From an uncultured bacterium (lineage in GTDB: Bacteria > Eisenbacteria > RBG-16-71-46): a DNA stretch of 64,000 bases. This document shows positions 37,790 through 46,915 of the stretch, in pieces. The DNA is taken from positions 15,011-79,010 of the forward strand of contig CAZPVG010000005.1 of the NCBI GenBank assembly GCA_964589945.1, given 5' to 3'. Under the pieces are notes generated by a model. That model had not been told where the DNA came from, made no database searches, and saw nothing but the letters and a program-made list of their open reading frames with translations. Numbering within the stretch: position 1 is the first letter of the stretch; each line of letters opens with the position of its first letter. The position numbers and the translations under genes were made by a program.

Positions 37790-38048
37790 GGATCCCTCCA
37801 GACGGGCGGCTTGCATGCAGCACCATTGGGGCGGCACTGCTCGAACGACGCGACGGAATTCGGCGCCCGAAAGCCGGGCCGCTGCGGTTGCAGCGGAACA
37901 GGGGATCCCGCACGCGAGTCGTAGGATGGAGGGCGGTCGCTGGCCTGTCGGGACGAAAGCCCTGCTTTCGGACGCCTGGATGCACTGCCTGCAGCCCACA
38001 TCGTCTGCGGCCGGCTGATCCCGCCGACCCAAACCCCAACGGTTCTGC

Positions 38049-38077
38049 AATCTAGCCAATGTGTCACGACGCTGCAA
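38049..38077 (-). promoter_or_regulatory. Sigma70-type promoter of the Rieske/cyt b operon
   Basis: TTGCAG-17 nt-TAGATT on the minus strand. Confidence 0.5.
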
Positions 38078-38210
38078 GCCCGTGTTCCAACCCGTGGCGA
38101 CGGGAGGGGCGCCGCGTCGGCAGGCGCGGTACGGTGCGGTAGACTTGGACGCCGTCCACGCGACCCCAACCGCTCGATCTCGACCAAGCGCTGACCGGAC
38201 GACGCCGCTG

Positions 38211-41200
38211 ATGAGCCTACGACGCCCACTCCTGCCGCTCTTCCTGCTGCTCGCGGCTCTGCCCTCGCTGCGTGCATTCCCCGCCGCCGCGGACGGCCTG
38301 CCGGTATGCACGGCGCCCGAGGCGCAGTGGAGCCCGCGGGTCCTTTCCGATCCGGCGGGAGGCGCCTGGGTCCTGTGGCTGGACCGCCGCTCCACCTATT
38401 CGATCGACCTGTACGGCTGCACGCTCGACCCGTCCGGCGCGCCGTCGACGTCGGGAACCGACCAGGGCGAGACGCTGACCTGGATCACCTGCCTCAAGGC
38501 CGACCCCGTCCTCGTGCCCGACGGCGGCGCCGGGGCCCTGGCGATCTGGTCCGACCACCGGTGCGGCGCCACGAACGACTTCGAGGTCTACGCCATGCGG
38601 CTGGGCCCGGACGGCCTTCCGGACCCGGGATGGCCCACGAACGGGGCCCCGGTGCACACCGGACCGGGCTGGCAGGGGCACCCGGCCATCGCGACCGACG
38701 GCGCCGCGGGCGCGTTCGCCGTGTGGGTCGATCGCGAGGTCGCTCCGGCGCGGTTGTTCCTGCTCCACCTGCTCGCGAACGGGGTGCCGGATCCCGCCTG
38801 GCCGGCCGAAGGCCTCCTGCTGGACTCCGACGTTCCGTCGGACTGCTGGCCGCGGGCCGCGACCGACGACGCGGGCGGCGTCTACCTCGCGTGGGACACC
38901 GTGACCGACGGTGACGGCGACGTGCGGCTCGGGAGGTTCACGTCCGCCGGGCTGGCGGCGCCGGGCTGGCCCGCCTCGGGTCTCCTCGCCTGCGACGTCC
39001 CCGGGCCGCAGCACGGCGTCGTGCTCGCGAAGGGGGCGGCGGGCGTCGCCCTCGCATGGGAGGACGAACGGGGCCCGGTCGCGCAGGTCTACGCCTGCCG
39101 CTTCCTTCCGGACGGCTCGCGGGCGCCGGGCTGGCCGCTCGAAGGCGCGCTCGTGGCGCCCGGCGCGTTCGCGAAGTCCGGCCTCGTCGGGACAGGGGAC
39201 GGGGCCGACGCGCTGCTGCTCGCGTGGAGCGAGGACCGCGGCACGGGGAGCGGGAGCGACCTCTACGTCGAGCGTCTCGATTCGACGGGCGTGGCGACGG
39301 CTTCGTGGCCCGCCTCGGGCGCGCCGGCGACCGCGGCGCCCGGGATCCAGCGGGACCCCGCGCTGCTCCCCGCCGGCGACGGCGGTGCCTACCTCGCGTG
39401 GACCGACGAGCGCGACAGCCTCGCGACGGGACTCGACGTCTACGTCCAGCGGCTGGATCCGGACGGGACGGTGCACGAGGGCTGGCCGGCGGACGGCGCA
39501 TCCCTCTGCCAGGAGCCGGGCGACCAGCGCGAGGTCCAGCTGGCGTCCGACGGCAGCGCGGGGGCGTTCGCGGTGTGGACCGACGGCCGCGACTCCTCCA
39601 CGACCGGGGACGACATCGCCGCCCGCCTCGTCCAGCCCACCGGACCGGCCGCCTCGCGGCCCGACGGGATCTCGGCGACGCATCACGACGGCCAGACGTT
39701 CCTGCGCTGGGCGGCGCCGCTCGGGCATGGGTTCACCTATCGCGTCTACGAGTCCGGCACCCCGATCCAGACGCAGGCCGACCTCGACGCCGCGTCGTAC
39801 GTGGGCAGCGTCGGCGACTCCACGGCCTGCGACCTGCGGATGTCGCACCTGCTCGGCGAGACGCACGGCTACCGGACGACGGCCACGGGACCGGAATTGC
39901 CCCCCGGGGACGGCCTGTTCGTCCGGACGGTCGGCCGCACGGGCGCCTCGTACTACGCGGTCACGATCACGCCCGGCACGTTCGAGGAGGACCGCCGCGT
40001 CACGCCCGGCGAGAACTCGCTCGTTTCCGCCGTGGCCGAGACGACCGCGGTTCCGCGCCCGGTCTACCAGCGCTCCATCCCCGTCGAGAGCTGGATGGTG
40101 GAGATCTGGACCCTGTGGACGTGGAACGCGGACCTTCCCGGGTTCCCGGCCATGGCTTCGCGGGCGAGCATGGCGTTTGCGAACGGCCTCGTCCGGGGCC
40201 AGCCCGCGGACGCCCCGCTCGTCGTGCGTTTCCACCCGAAGGGGGGCAGCCTGCTCAGCGCCGTGGGCGGGGCCTTCATTCCCGGGGAGTGGGTGCTCGC
40301 GTTCGACGACTACCTGCCGAACGGCCAGAACACGTTCTGGTTCGGCTATCACCCCGACTACGACGTGATGAGCGCGGCGAGCCCGCCGCCGCTCACGGGC
40401 GCCGTCGTGGACTACACGGCGCGGCGCGTGGACTGGACACTGGACTGGGTCCGCCGCACGTTCCCGATCGACACCACCCGCGTGATCACGTACGGCTACT
40501 CGATGGGCGCGATGGGGGCGACGCAGCTCGCGCTGCGGTCGCCGGGGAAGATCGCGGGCGTCATGTCCGTGATCGGGCAGTTCGACTACTCGTTCGAGAC
40601 CGACCCGTTCCCGAACTGCTGGTTCAATCCCGGGGGACCGTTCCGGGACCTCGCCGACCAGATCTGGGGACTGGTCGCGACGGACCTTCCCGACGAGGAC
40701 GGCAAGCCGGTGTTCGACGTGCTGAACGGCACGCGTCTCGTCGCCGACGAACACCGGCCCGACGTGCCGCCCATGATGGTCTTCAACGGGCGGCGCGACC
40801 TGAACGTGGGCTGGGAGGAGAAGGTGCGCTTCTGGCAGGCGATGCGGGCGCACCACCGCGGCGGGTATTTCTTCTGGGACGACCGCAATCACGGGGTGGA
40901 CGGGGCCGTCTGGATCCCGATGCAGGCGCCCGGCTACCTGGACCGCTTCCGCACCGACCGCAGCTTCGCCGCGCTCTCGAACGCGGACGTGGACGGCGAT
41001 CCGGGCGACGGGTCGCCGGCGACCGGCGACACCGTCGGCACGTGGGGCGGCGCGTTCGAATGGACGACGCCGGTGGACACCCCGGGGGGCTGGAGCACGA
41101 CGCTCACGCTGCGCGACCTCGTGGCCTCGACGGGCACGATCGCCGCGCCGGAATCCGCGCTCGTGGACGTGACGCCCCGGCGCGTCCAGAACTTCTCCGT

Positions 41201-41645
41201 CGCGCCGTTCGCCCCGGTCCCCTGGCGGGTCGTGCGCGTCGCGGACCAGGCGGAGATCGCGAGCGGACTCGTCACCGCGGACTCGCTGGGGGTCGTGACC
41301 GTCCCCGGCGTGCGCGTCCTGCGCGCGGGTTCGCGGCTCGACCTCGGAGGGCTCGCCGTGAGCGGGGCCCCGTCCCCGGCGGCGGGAGCCCGCTTCCGGC
41401 TTTCGTGCCCCTCGCCCGTCCGCTCGGGTGCCTTCGCGGCGGTCGTGGAGTGGGGCGGGTCCGGACCGGCGGAGCTGGACGTGCTCGACGTGGCCGGTCG
41501 CCGGGTCGCGCGGCTCTTCGCGGGATCGCCCGAGCGCGGCCCCGCCCGCTATACCCTGCGCCGCGGGCTCGCACCCGGCCTCTACTTCCTGCGGGCACGC
41601 AGCGGCGGCGAGGAGCGCGTCCGGCGCGTCGTCGTGCTGCGCTGA
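38211..41645 (+). CDS. Large secreted protein: ~8 x 60-aa repeats, alpha/beta-hydrolase, C-terminal sorting-like domain
   Basis: Signal peptide; repeats P..x.DG.GGA...W.D.R and GWP..G; nucleophile GYSMG, NGRRD, DRNHG; C-terminal VLDVAGRRVARL...PGLYFLRA. Confidence 0.72.
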   Translation: MSLRRPLLPLFLLLAALPSLRAFPAAADGLPVCTAPEAQWSPRVLSDPAGGAWVLWLDRRSTYSIDLYGCTLDPSGAPSTSGTDQGETLTWITCLKADPVLVPDGGAGALAIWSDHRCGATNDFEVYAMRLGPDGLPDPGWPTNGAPVHTGPGWQGHPAIATDGAAGAFAVWVDREVAPARLFLLHLLANGVPDPAWPAEGLLLDSDVPSDCWPRAATDDAGGVYLAWDTVTDGDGDVRLGRFTSAGLAAPGWPASGLLACDVPGPQHGVVLAKGAAGVALAWEDERGPVAQVYACRFLPDGSRAPGWPLEGALVAPGAFAKSGLVGTGDGADALLLAWSEDRGTGSGSDLYVERLDSTGVATASWPASGAPATAAPGIQRDPALLPAGDGGAYLAWTDERDSLATGLDVYVQRLDPDGTVHEGWPADGASLCQEPGDQREVQLASDGSAGAFAVWTDGRDSSTTGDDIAARLVQPTGPAASRPDGISATHHDGQTFLRWAAPLGHGFTYRVYESGTPIQTQADLDAASYVGSVGDSTACDLRMSHLLGETHGYRTTATGPELPPGDGLFVRTVGRTGASYYAVTITPGTFEEDRRVTPGENSLVSAVAETTAVPRPVYQRSIPVESWMVEIWTLWTWNADLPGFPAMASRASMAFANGLVRGQPADAPLVVRFHPKGGSLLSAVGGAFIPGEWVLAFDDYLPNGQNTFWFGYHPDYDVMSAASPPPLTGAVVDYTARRVDWTLDWVRRTFPIDTTRVITYGYSMGAMGATQLALRSPGKIAGVMSVIGQFDYSFETDPFPNCWFNPGGPFRDLADQIWGLVATDLPDEDGKPVFDVLNGTRLVADEHRPDVPPMMVFNGRRDLNVGWEEKVRFWQAMRAHHRGGYFFWDDRNHGVDGAVWIPMQAPGYLDRFRTDRSFAALSNADVDGDPGDGSPATGDTVGTWGGAFEWTTPVDTPGGWSTTLTLRDLVASTGTIAAPESALVDVTPRRVQNFSVAPFAPVPWRVVRVADQAEIASGLVTADSLGVVTVPGVRVLRAGSRLDLGGLAVSGAPSPAAGARFRLSCPSPVRSGAFAAVVEWGGSGPAELDVLDVAGRRVARLFAGSPERGPARYTLRRGLAPGLYFLRARSGGEERVRRVVVLR

Positions 41646-41646
41646 C

Positions 41647-44478
41647 TCAGGGCTTCGCGTCGGGCTCGCGCGGCTGGACGAACTGCCAGCCGAAACGCCC
41701 CTTCACGCACAGGTTGCCCTGCGTGATGTCGTTCTCGAAGGGCGACGTCGCCTTGACGATCCGGCCGTCCTGCTCGTGCAGCCGGAGCGTGCACCCGACC
41801 CCGCAGTACGGGCAGATCGTGTCCGTGGCCGTCTGGCGATCGGGTCGCCAGTCACCGGCTGCGCGCAGGTCGTGCTCGGACTTCGCGACGAGCGCCCCCG
41901 TCGGGCAGACCGCGATGCAGTTGCCGCAGTAGACGCACGCGGAATCCGGCAGCCCGACGTTCAGCTCGGTCGAGATGCGCGCCCCGAAGCCGCGCCCCGC
42001 CACGGCGATGGCGAACGTGTTCTGGTGGTCCTCACCGCAGGCCTCGACACACTTGTAGCAGAGCACGCACTTCGCGTAGTCGCGCACGTAGAGGTCGTTG
42101 TCGACCTTGACGGGCTGCGACACCGTCGCGGCCGCGCCGTCGGCGGGCGCCTCGTGGTGCCCGGCGATCTCGTGGTCCCGGTCCGTGGGTGGGGCCGGGG
42201 GACCGAAGCGGGAGGGGGCGCAGCCGTATTCCCGCTGGAGCGCCTGGAGTTCCGGCGCGGCGGAGAGGTCCACGGAGGAGCCGAGCAGTTCGAGCACGAG
42301 GCGGCGCGAGTGGCGCACGCGCGGCGAGTCGGTGTGAACGACCATGCGCGGCTCGGCCGCCCGCGAGCAGCTCGGGGCGAGCGCCCGGGCGCCCTCGATC
42401 TCGACGACGCACAGCCGGCACGCGTTGGCCGGCGTGAGGGTCGAGAGATGGCAGAGCGTCGGGATCCCGATGCCGCGACCCCGGCACGCCTCGAGCAGCG
42501 TCGTGCCCCTCGGCACTTCGACCGAGTGGCCGTCGATCGTGAGGCGGACGAGGCCCTCGCGCGGCGGGGACACGGGCTCGGGCTCGGAGCGCGCGGGGGC
42601 CGGGGGCGCCCAGGCGGGCGACGCGCCGAAGACCGCGAACTTCCGCAACGCGGACTCCACCGCCGACGAAGCGGTCTGCCCGAGGCCGCAGATCGAGGCG
42701 TCGCGCATGTGCGCGCCGACCTCCTGGATCAGGACCAGCTCGTCCCGGGCGGAGCCCTTCGGGTTGCCGCCGGCGAGCCGGCGGAGCGCCTCCTCCTGGC
42801 GGACCGTCCCGACACGGCACGGCACGCACTGGCCGCACGACTCGTCCCGGAAGAACGCCGCGAGCCGCAGCACGATCTGGCGCAGGTCCACCGAGTCGTC
42901 GAACGCCATCACGACGCCCGAGCCGAGCGTCGTGCCGGCGGCGCGCGCGGCCTCGAGCGTGAGCGGCAGGTCCAGCTCGTCCGGGCGCAGGAAGGTGCCT
43001 GCGGCCCCGCCGAGCAGCACGGCCTGCAGCTCGCGCCCCTCGGGGACGCCGCCGGCCATCTCGATCAGGTCGCCGAGCGACGTGCCGAGGGGCGCCTCGT
43101 AGACCCCCGCGTGCCGGACGCTGCCGCTGAGGCAGAAGAGCCGCGTGCCGGTCGAGTCGCCGCTGCCCGTGGCGGCGAACGCGGCGCCGCCCTCGAGCAC
43201 GATCTGCGGCACGTTCGCAAGCGTCTCGACGTTGTTCACGACGGTCGGCTGCCCGAACAGGCCCTGCTCGACCGGGAAGGGCGGCTTGCTTCGCGGCTCG
43301 CCCCGGCGGCCCTCGATGGACTCGAAGAGCGCGGTCTCCTCGCCGCAGATGTAGGCGCCGGATCCGCGCCGCACCTCGATGTCGAACGAGAAGTCCGTTC
43401 CGAGAATGCGCTCGCCGAGCAGCCCGGCCGCGCGGGCCTGCGCGAGCGCGTGGGACATGCGCTGGAAGGCGAACGGGTATTCCGCCCGCACGTAGAGCCA
43501 GCCGCGCGAACAGCCGGCCGCGAAGGCGGCGATCGTCATGGACTCCACGACGGCGAACGGATCCGCGCAGAGGAGCACGCTGTCCTTGAACGTCCCCGGC
43601 TCGGACTCGTCGGCGTTGCACACGAGGTGCCTCACGCCGGGCGGCTGGTCGCGGACCGCGCTCCACTTGCGGGCCGCGGGGAAGGCGGCGCCGCCGCGCC
43701 CGCTCAGCCTCGAAACCTCGACTTCGCGGATGACCGCCTCCGGCCCCATCTCGATCGCGCGCGCGAGGGCCGCGTAACCGCCCGAAGCGCGATAGGCCTC
43801 GAGGCTCTCGGGGTCCACGCGTCCGACGCGCCGGAGCAGGACGAGCGACGGATCGCCGCCCTGGGGTACGTCGGGGTGCGTCTCGCCGTCCGGCGGCGGC
43901 GTCGTGCCGGCAAGCATCGTGCGGATCGTGTGGACCGTCGCATGCCCCATCAGCGCCTCGACGGGGTCTTGCCCGGCCTCGGTGTACAGGGCCACGGGGC
44001 CGGCGTCGCAGAGTCCGAGGCACGGGGAACGGGACCATCCCGCGGCGGCCGTGCCGTCGCCGTGGGGCAGCGGGGGCCCGGCCTCGCGTTCGAGCCGCTC
44101 GCAGAGGCCGCCGGCGCCGCGCGCGCGGCACCCCACGTCGTCGCAGACGTGGATCACGCGCTTCGGCCGCGGCGAGGTGGCGAGCATGGCGTAGAAGGTC
44201 GCGACGGACCACGCCTCGGCGGGCGGGACGCCCAGCCGCTCGCAGACGTAGTTGAGCCCGCCCGGAGTCACCCATCCGGACCGCGACTGGAGCGCCTGCA
44301 GCGCCGGCAGGAGCAGCGTGCGTCGCTCGCGCTGGGCGCGGCCGCCGTGGGCGACGCGCAGGTCGCGCGGCGTGCGCGAGGACGCGCCGTCCCAGCTCGA
44401 GGACGGCGGTCCGAGCGCGGCGTCCACGGCCTCGCGCTCTTCGGTGGTCGGCTCGGCGTCCAGCAGGCGGATGTCCAT
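41647..44478 (-). CDS. NAD-linked FDH electron-transfer subunit: NuoE+NuoF fusion, [2Fe-2S], 2x[4Fe-4S], and the molybdopterin-enzyme N-terminal [4Fe-4S] domain
   Basis: CDDVGC/CLGLC; GRGGAAFP, CNADESEPGTFKD, YICGEET, ESCGQCVPCR; PTLC..ACRLC..SC; CVLCYKCVEAC, CVYCGNCIAVCP; TICPYCGVGC..NLCVKGRFG. ATG overlaps the upstream TGA. Confidence 0.9.
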   Translation of the reverse strand: MDIRLLDAEPTTEEREAVDAALGPPSSSWDGASSRTPRDLRVAHGGRAQRERRTLLLPALQALQSRSGWVTPGGLNYVCERLGVPPAEAWSVATFYAMLATSPRPKRVIHVCDDVGCRARGAGGLCERLEREAGPPLPHGDGTAAAGWSRSPCLGLCDAGPVALYTEAGQDPVEALMGHATVHTIRTMLAGTTPPPDGETHPDVPQGGDPSLVLLRRVGRVDPESLEAYRASGGYAALARAIEMGPEAVIREVEVSRLSGRGGAAFPAARKWSAVRDQPPGVRHLVCNADESEPGTFKDSVLLCADPFAVVESMTIAAFAAGCSRGWLYVRAEYPFAFQRMSHALAQARAAGLLGERILGTDFSFDIEVRRGSGAYICGEETALFESIEGRRGEPRSKPPFPVEQGLFGQPTVVNNVETLANVPQIVLEGGAAFAATGSGDSTGTRLFCLSGSVRHAGVYEAPLGTSLGDLIEMAGGVPEGRELQAVLLGGAAGTFLRPDELDLPLTLEAARAAGTTLGSGVVMAFDDSVDLRQIVLRLAAFFRDESCGQCVPCRVGTVRQEEALRRLAGGNPKGSARDELVLIQEVGAHMRDASICGLGQTASSAVESALRKFAVFGASPAWAPPAPARSEPEPVSPPREGLVRLTIDGHSVEVPRGTTLLEACRGRGIGIPTLCHLSTLTPANACRLCVVEIEGARALAPSCSRAAEPRMVVHTDSPRVRHSRRLVLELLGSSVDLSAAPELQALQREYGCAPSRFGPPAPPTDRDHEIAGHHEAPADGAAATVSQPVKVDNDLYVRDYAKCVLCYKCVEACGEDHQNTFAIAVAGRGFGARISTELNVGLPDSACVYCGNCIAVCPTGALVAKSEHDLRAAGDWRPDRQTATDTICPYCGVGCTLRLHEQDGRIVKATSPFENDITQGNLCVKGRFGWQFVQPREPDAKP

Positions 44479-46412
44479 CAGGCTTTCCTCGTGGCCTCCG
44501 CCGCCGCGAGTGCTTCGACCCGGACGGCGCTGGCCTTGAACTCGGCCGTCCCCGAGCGGGGATCGGCGGCATCGATCGTGAGTCGGTTGGTCGCGACCTG
44601 GTCGGGGAAATGGAGCGTCATGAACACGAGGCCGGGACGAAGGCCCGACTCGAGCCGGACCGGCGCCGTCACGCTGCCCCGGCGGGAGGTCACGCGCACG
44701 GTGTCGCCGTCCGCGACGCCGAGCCGCGCGGCGTCCTCGGGCGAGATCTCGAGCGCCTCGCCGAGATGGAGGGGGGAGAGGTACCCGCCGGACTGGACGC
44801 CCGTGTTGTAGGACTCGAGCCGGCGGCCCGTGGTGAGCAGGAAGGGATACTCGGCGTCCGGTTTCTCGACCGGTCCCTCCCAGTCGACGACCGAAAACGG
44901 CGCGTGCCGGCCCTGCACGGGATCGGCCCAGAGGCGCCCGTGCAGGAACGGCGTGCCGGGATGGTTCTCGTCCGGGCACGGCCACTGGATGCCGCCGAGG
45001 GCCTCGAGCCGCGCGTAGCTCATGCCGCCGGCGAACGCGGGCGCCACCCGGCGCAGCTCGTTCCACACCTCCTCGGCGCCCGGGCTTCCGAAGTCGGTTC
45101 CCAGGCGCCGGGCGATCTCGGCCACGATCCACAGCTCGTCCCGAGCGCCCCCGGGCGGCTCGACCGCCTTGCGGACCCTCTGGATACGTCGCTCGCTGTT
45201 CGTGACCGTGCCTTCGCTCTCGCACCAGCTCGCGGTCGCCGGCAGCACGACGTGGGCCAGCTCCGCCGTCCGGGTGAGGAAGATCTCCTGGACGACGAGG
45301 TGGTCGAGCCCGCCGAGCAGCTTCTCGACGTGGTGCGCGTCGGCATCCGACTGCGCGGGGTTCTCGCCGATCACGTAGAGGGACGTCATCTCGCCGCGCT
45401 CCATGGCGCGGAGCATCTCGGTCAGGTTCCAGCCGTAGCGCGGCTGGATCCGCGCTCCCCAGGCGCTCTCGAAACGCCCCCGGACCTCGTCGTCGAGGAT
45501 GTCCTGGAAGCCCGGAAGGCGGTTGGGCAGCGCGCCCATGTCGCCGCCGCCCTGGACGTTGTTCTGCCCGCGGAGCGGATTGCAGCCCGAGCCCCAGCGC
45601 CCGACGTGGCCGGTGAGCAGGCTGAGGTTGATGAGCGCCAGCACGTTCTCGGTCGCGTCGTGGTGCTCGGTGATGCCGAGGGTCCAGCAGATCATGGCCC
45701 TGTCGGCCTTCGCGTAGGCGTGCGCCGTCTCGCGGATGGCCTCCGCCGGGACCCCGGTCGCCTGCTCGGCGAACTCGAGCGTGTAGCGCTCCACGTGGTC
45801 GCGGTACGCCTCGAATCCCGTGGTGGCGGTCTCGATGAACCGCCGGTGCTCGAGGCCGGCGTGGAGGATCTCGCGCCCCATCGCGTTCGCGAGCGCGATG
45901 TCGCTGCCCACGTCGAGCCCGAGCCAGACGTCGGCCCAGCGGGCGGAGGAAGTCCGCCGGGGGTCGATCACGTAGAGCCGCGTGCCCCGGTGGATGCCCT
46001 TGAGGAGGTGATGGAACCAGATGGGGTGCGCTTCACGCGCGTTGGAACCCCAGAGCAGCACGACGTCCGTCTCCTCCACCTCGCGGTAGGAGTTCGTGCC
46101 GCCCCCCGCACCGAAGACCGTCGCCAGACCGACGACGCTGGGCGCGTGTCAGGTCCGGTTGCAGCTGTCGATGTTGTTCGTCCCGAACGCGACCCGGGCC
46201 AGCTTCTGGGCCAGGAAGTTCATCTCGTTCGTGGACTTCGAACAGCTGAAGATGCCGAGCGAGTCCGGTCCGCGCGCTTCCCGGTTCCGCCGGAACCCGG
46301 CCGCGGCGCGATCGAGCGCCTCGTCCCAGGACGCCGGCCGCAGGCGACCCTCCTCGCGGACGAGGGGTTGGGTGAGGCGAGCGTACGGCTTGAACTCGTG
46401 ACGGCTGGTCAT
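44478..46412 (-). CDS. Selenocysteine formate dehydrogenase catalytic (Mo/W-bisPGD) subunit; in-frame UGA at 46151-46149
   Basis: ORFs 46149..46412 and 44478..46079 share one frame: NNIDSCNRT-UGA-HAPSVVGL..FGAGGGTNS; PLRGQNNVQG; SECIS-like hairpin downstream of the UGA. Confidence 0.92.
46119..46137 (-). promoter_or_regulatory. Bacterial SECIS element
   Basis: mRNA UGA CAC GCG CCC AG CGUCGUC-GGUCU-GGCGACG: 7-bp stem starting 11 nt after the UGA with a GGUCU apex, as in the E. coli fdhF SECIS. Confidence 0.8.
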
Positions 46413-46915
46413 CGGGAGCCTCCCTGGTCGTTCGGGGCCGATCGCTGCGGAGACGGCAGGATGGACGAGTCACGGCGCCCCGCGCAAGTGCGCGCGGGGC
46501 GCAGCGTTGCGAACCTGCGCTCAGGCCTGGCGGAAGAGCGGGCCCGCGGGGGACGTCCCGAAACGGTCCCGCTCGCCGGGCGACCGGCCGGCGGGCGGAA
46601 TCCCGCGGCCGGCAACCGCATGGGCCTGCCGTTCGTGGCGGTCCGCGTGTCACGCTGGCAGGTCCGGGATCCCCCGACGTTGAACGGTGTTTCAAGAAAC
46701 GGTCAGCCGAAACCGCCAACCGGCCGTCCCGCAGCGAGCGGGCCCGCGGGGTCTCCCGGGTCGCGGGATTGGCCTGCCCGATGCACGACTGGCCCTCAAC
46801 GCATCGCACCCGTGCGAGTGTGCGTTCCGGCGTCGGCCCGCCGTGGAAGAGGCCGGGCGGCGGATCCGTCCGAACGGCTCGCGAAGGGGACGCTCGATGC
46901 GGGGGAGAATCCCTC

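Noticed and set aside
37950-37970. GGGACGAAAGCC resembling the c-di-GMP-I riboswitch core
   Set aside because: It lacks the upstream GGCAAAC/GAAA stem and the downstream P2 arrangement; only a simple hairpin is supported.
44478-46412. FDH alpha as a pseudogene or two separate genes
   Set aside because: The only stop is a UGA at the catalytic ligand position, followed by a SECIS-like hairpin; no other lesions are visible.
46413-46915. Moco/tungsten riboswitch upstream of the FDH
   Set aside because: I could not recognise the consensus on the minus strand; an Rfam scan would be needed to exclude it fully.
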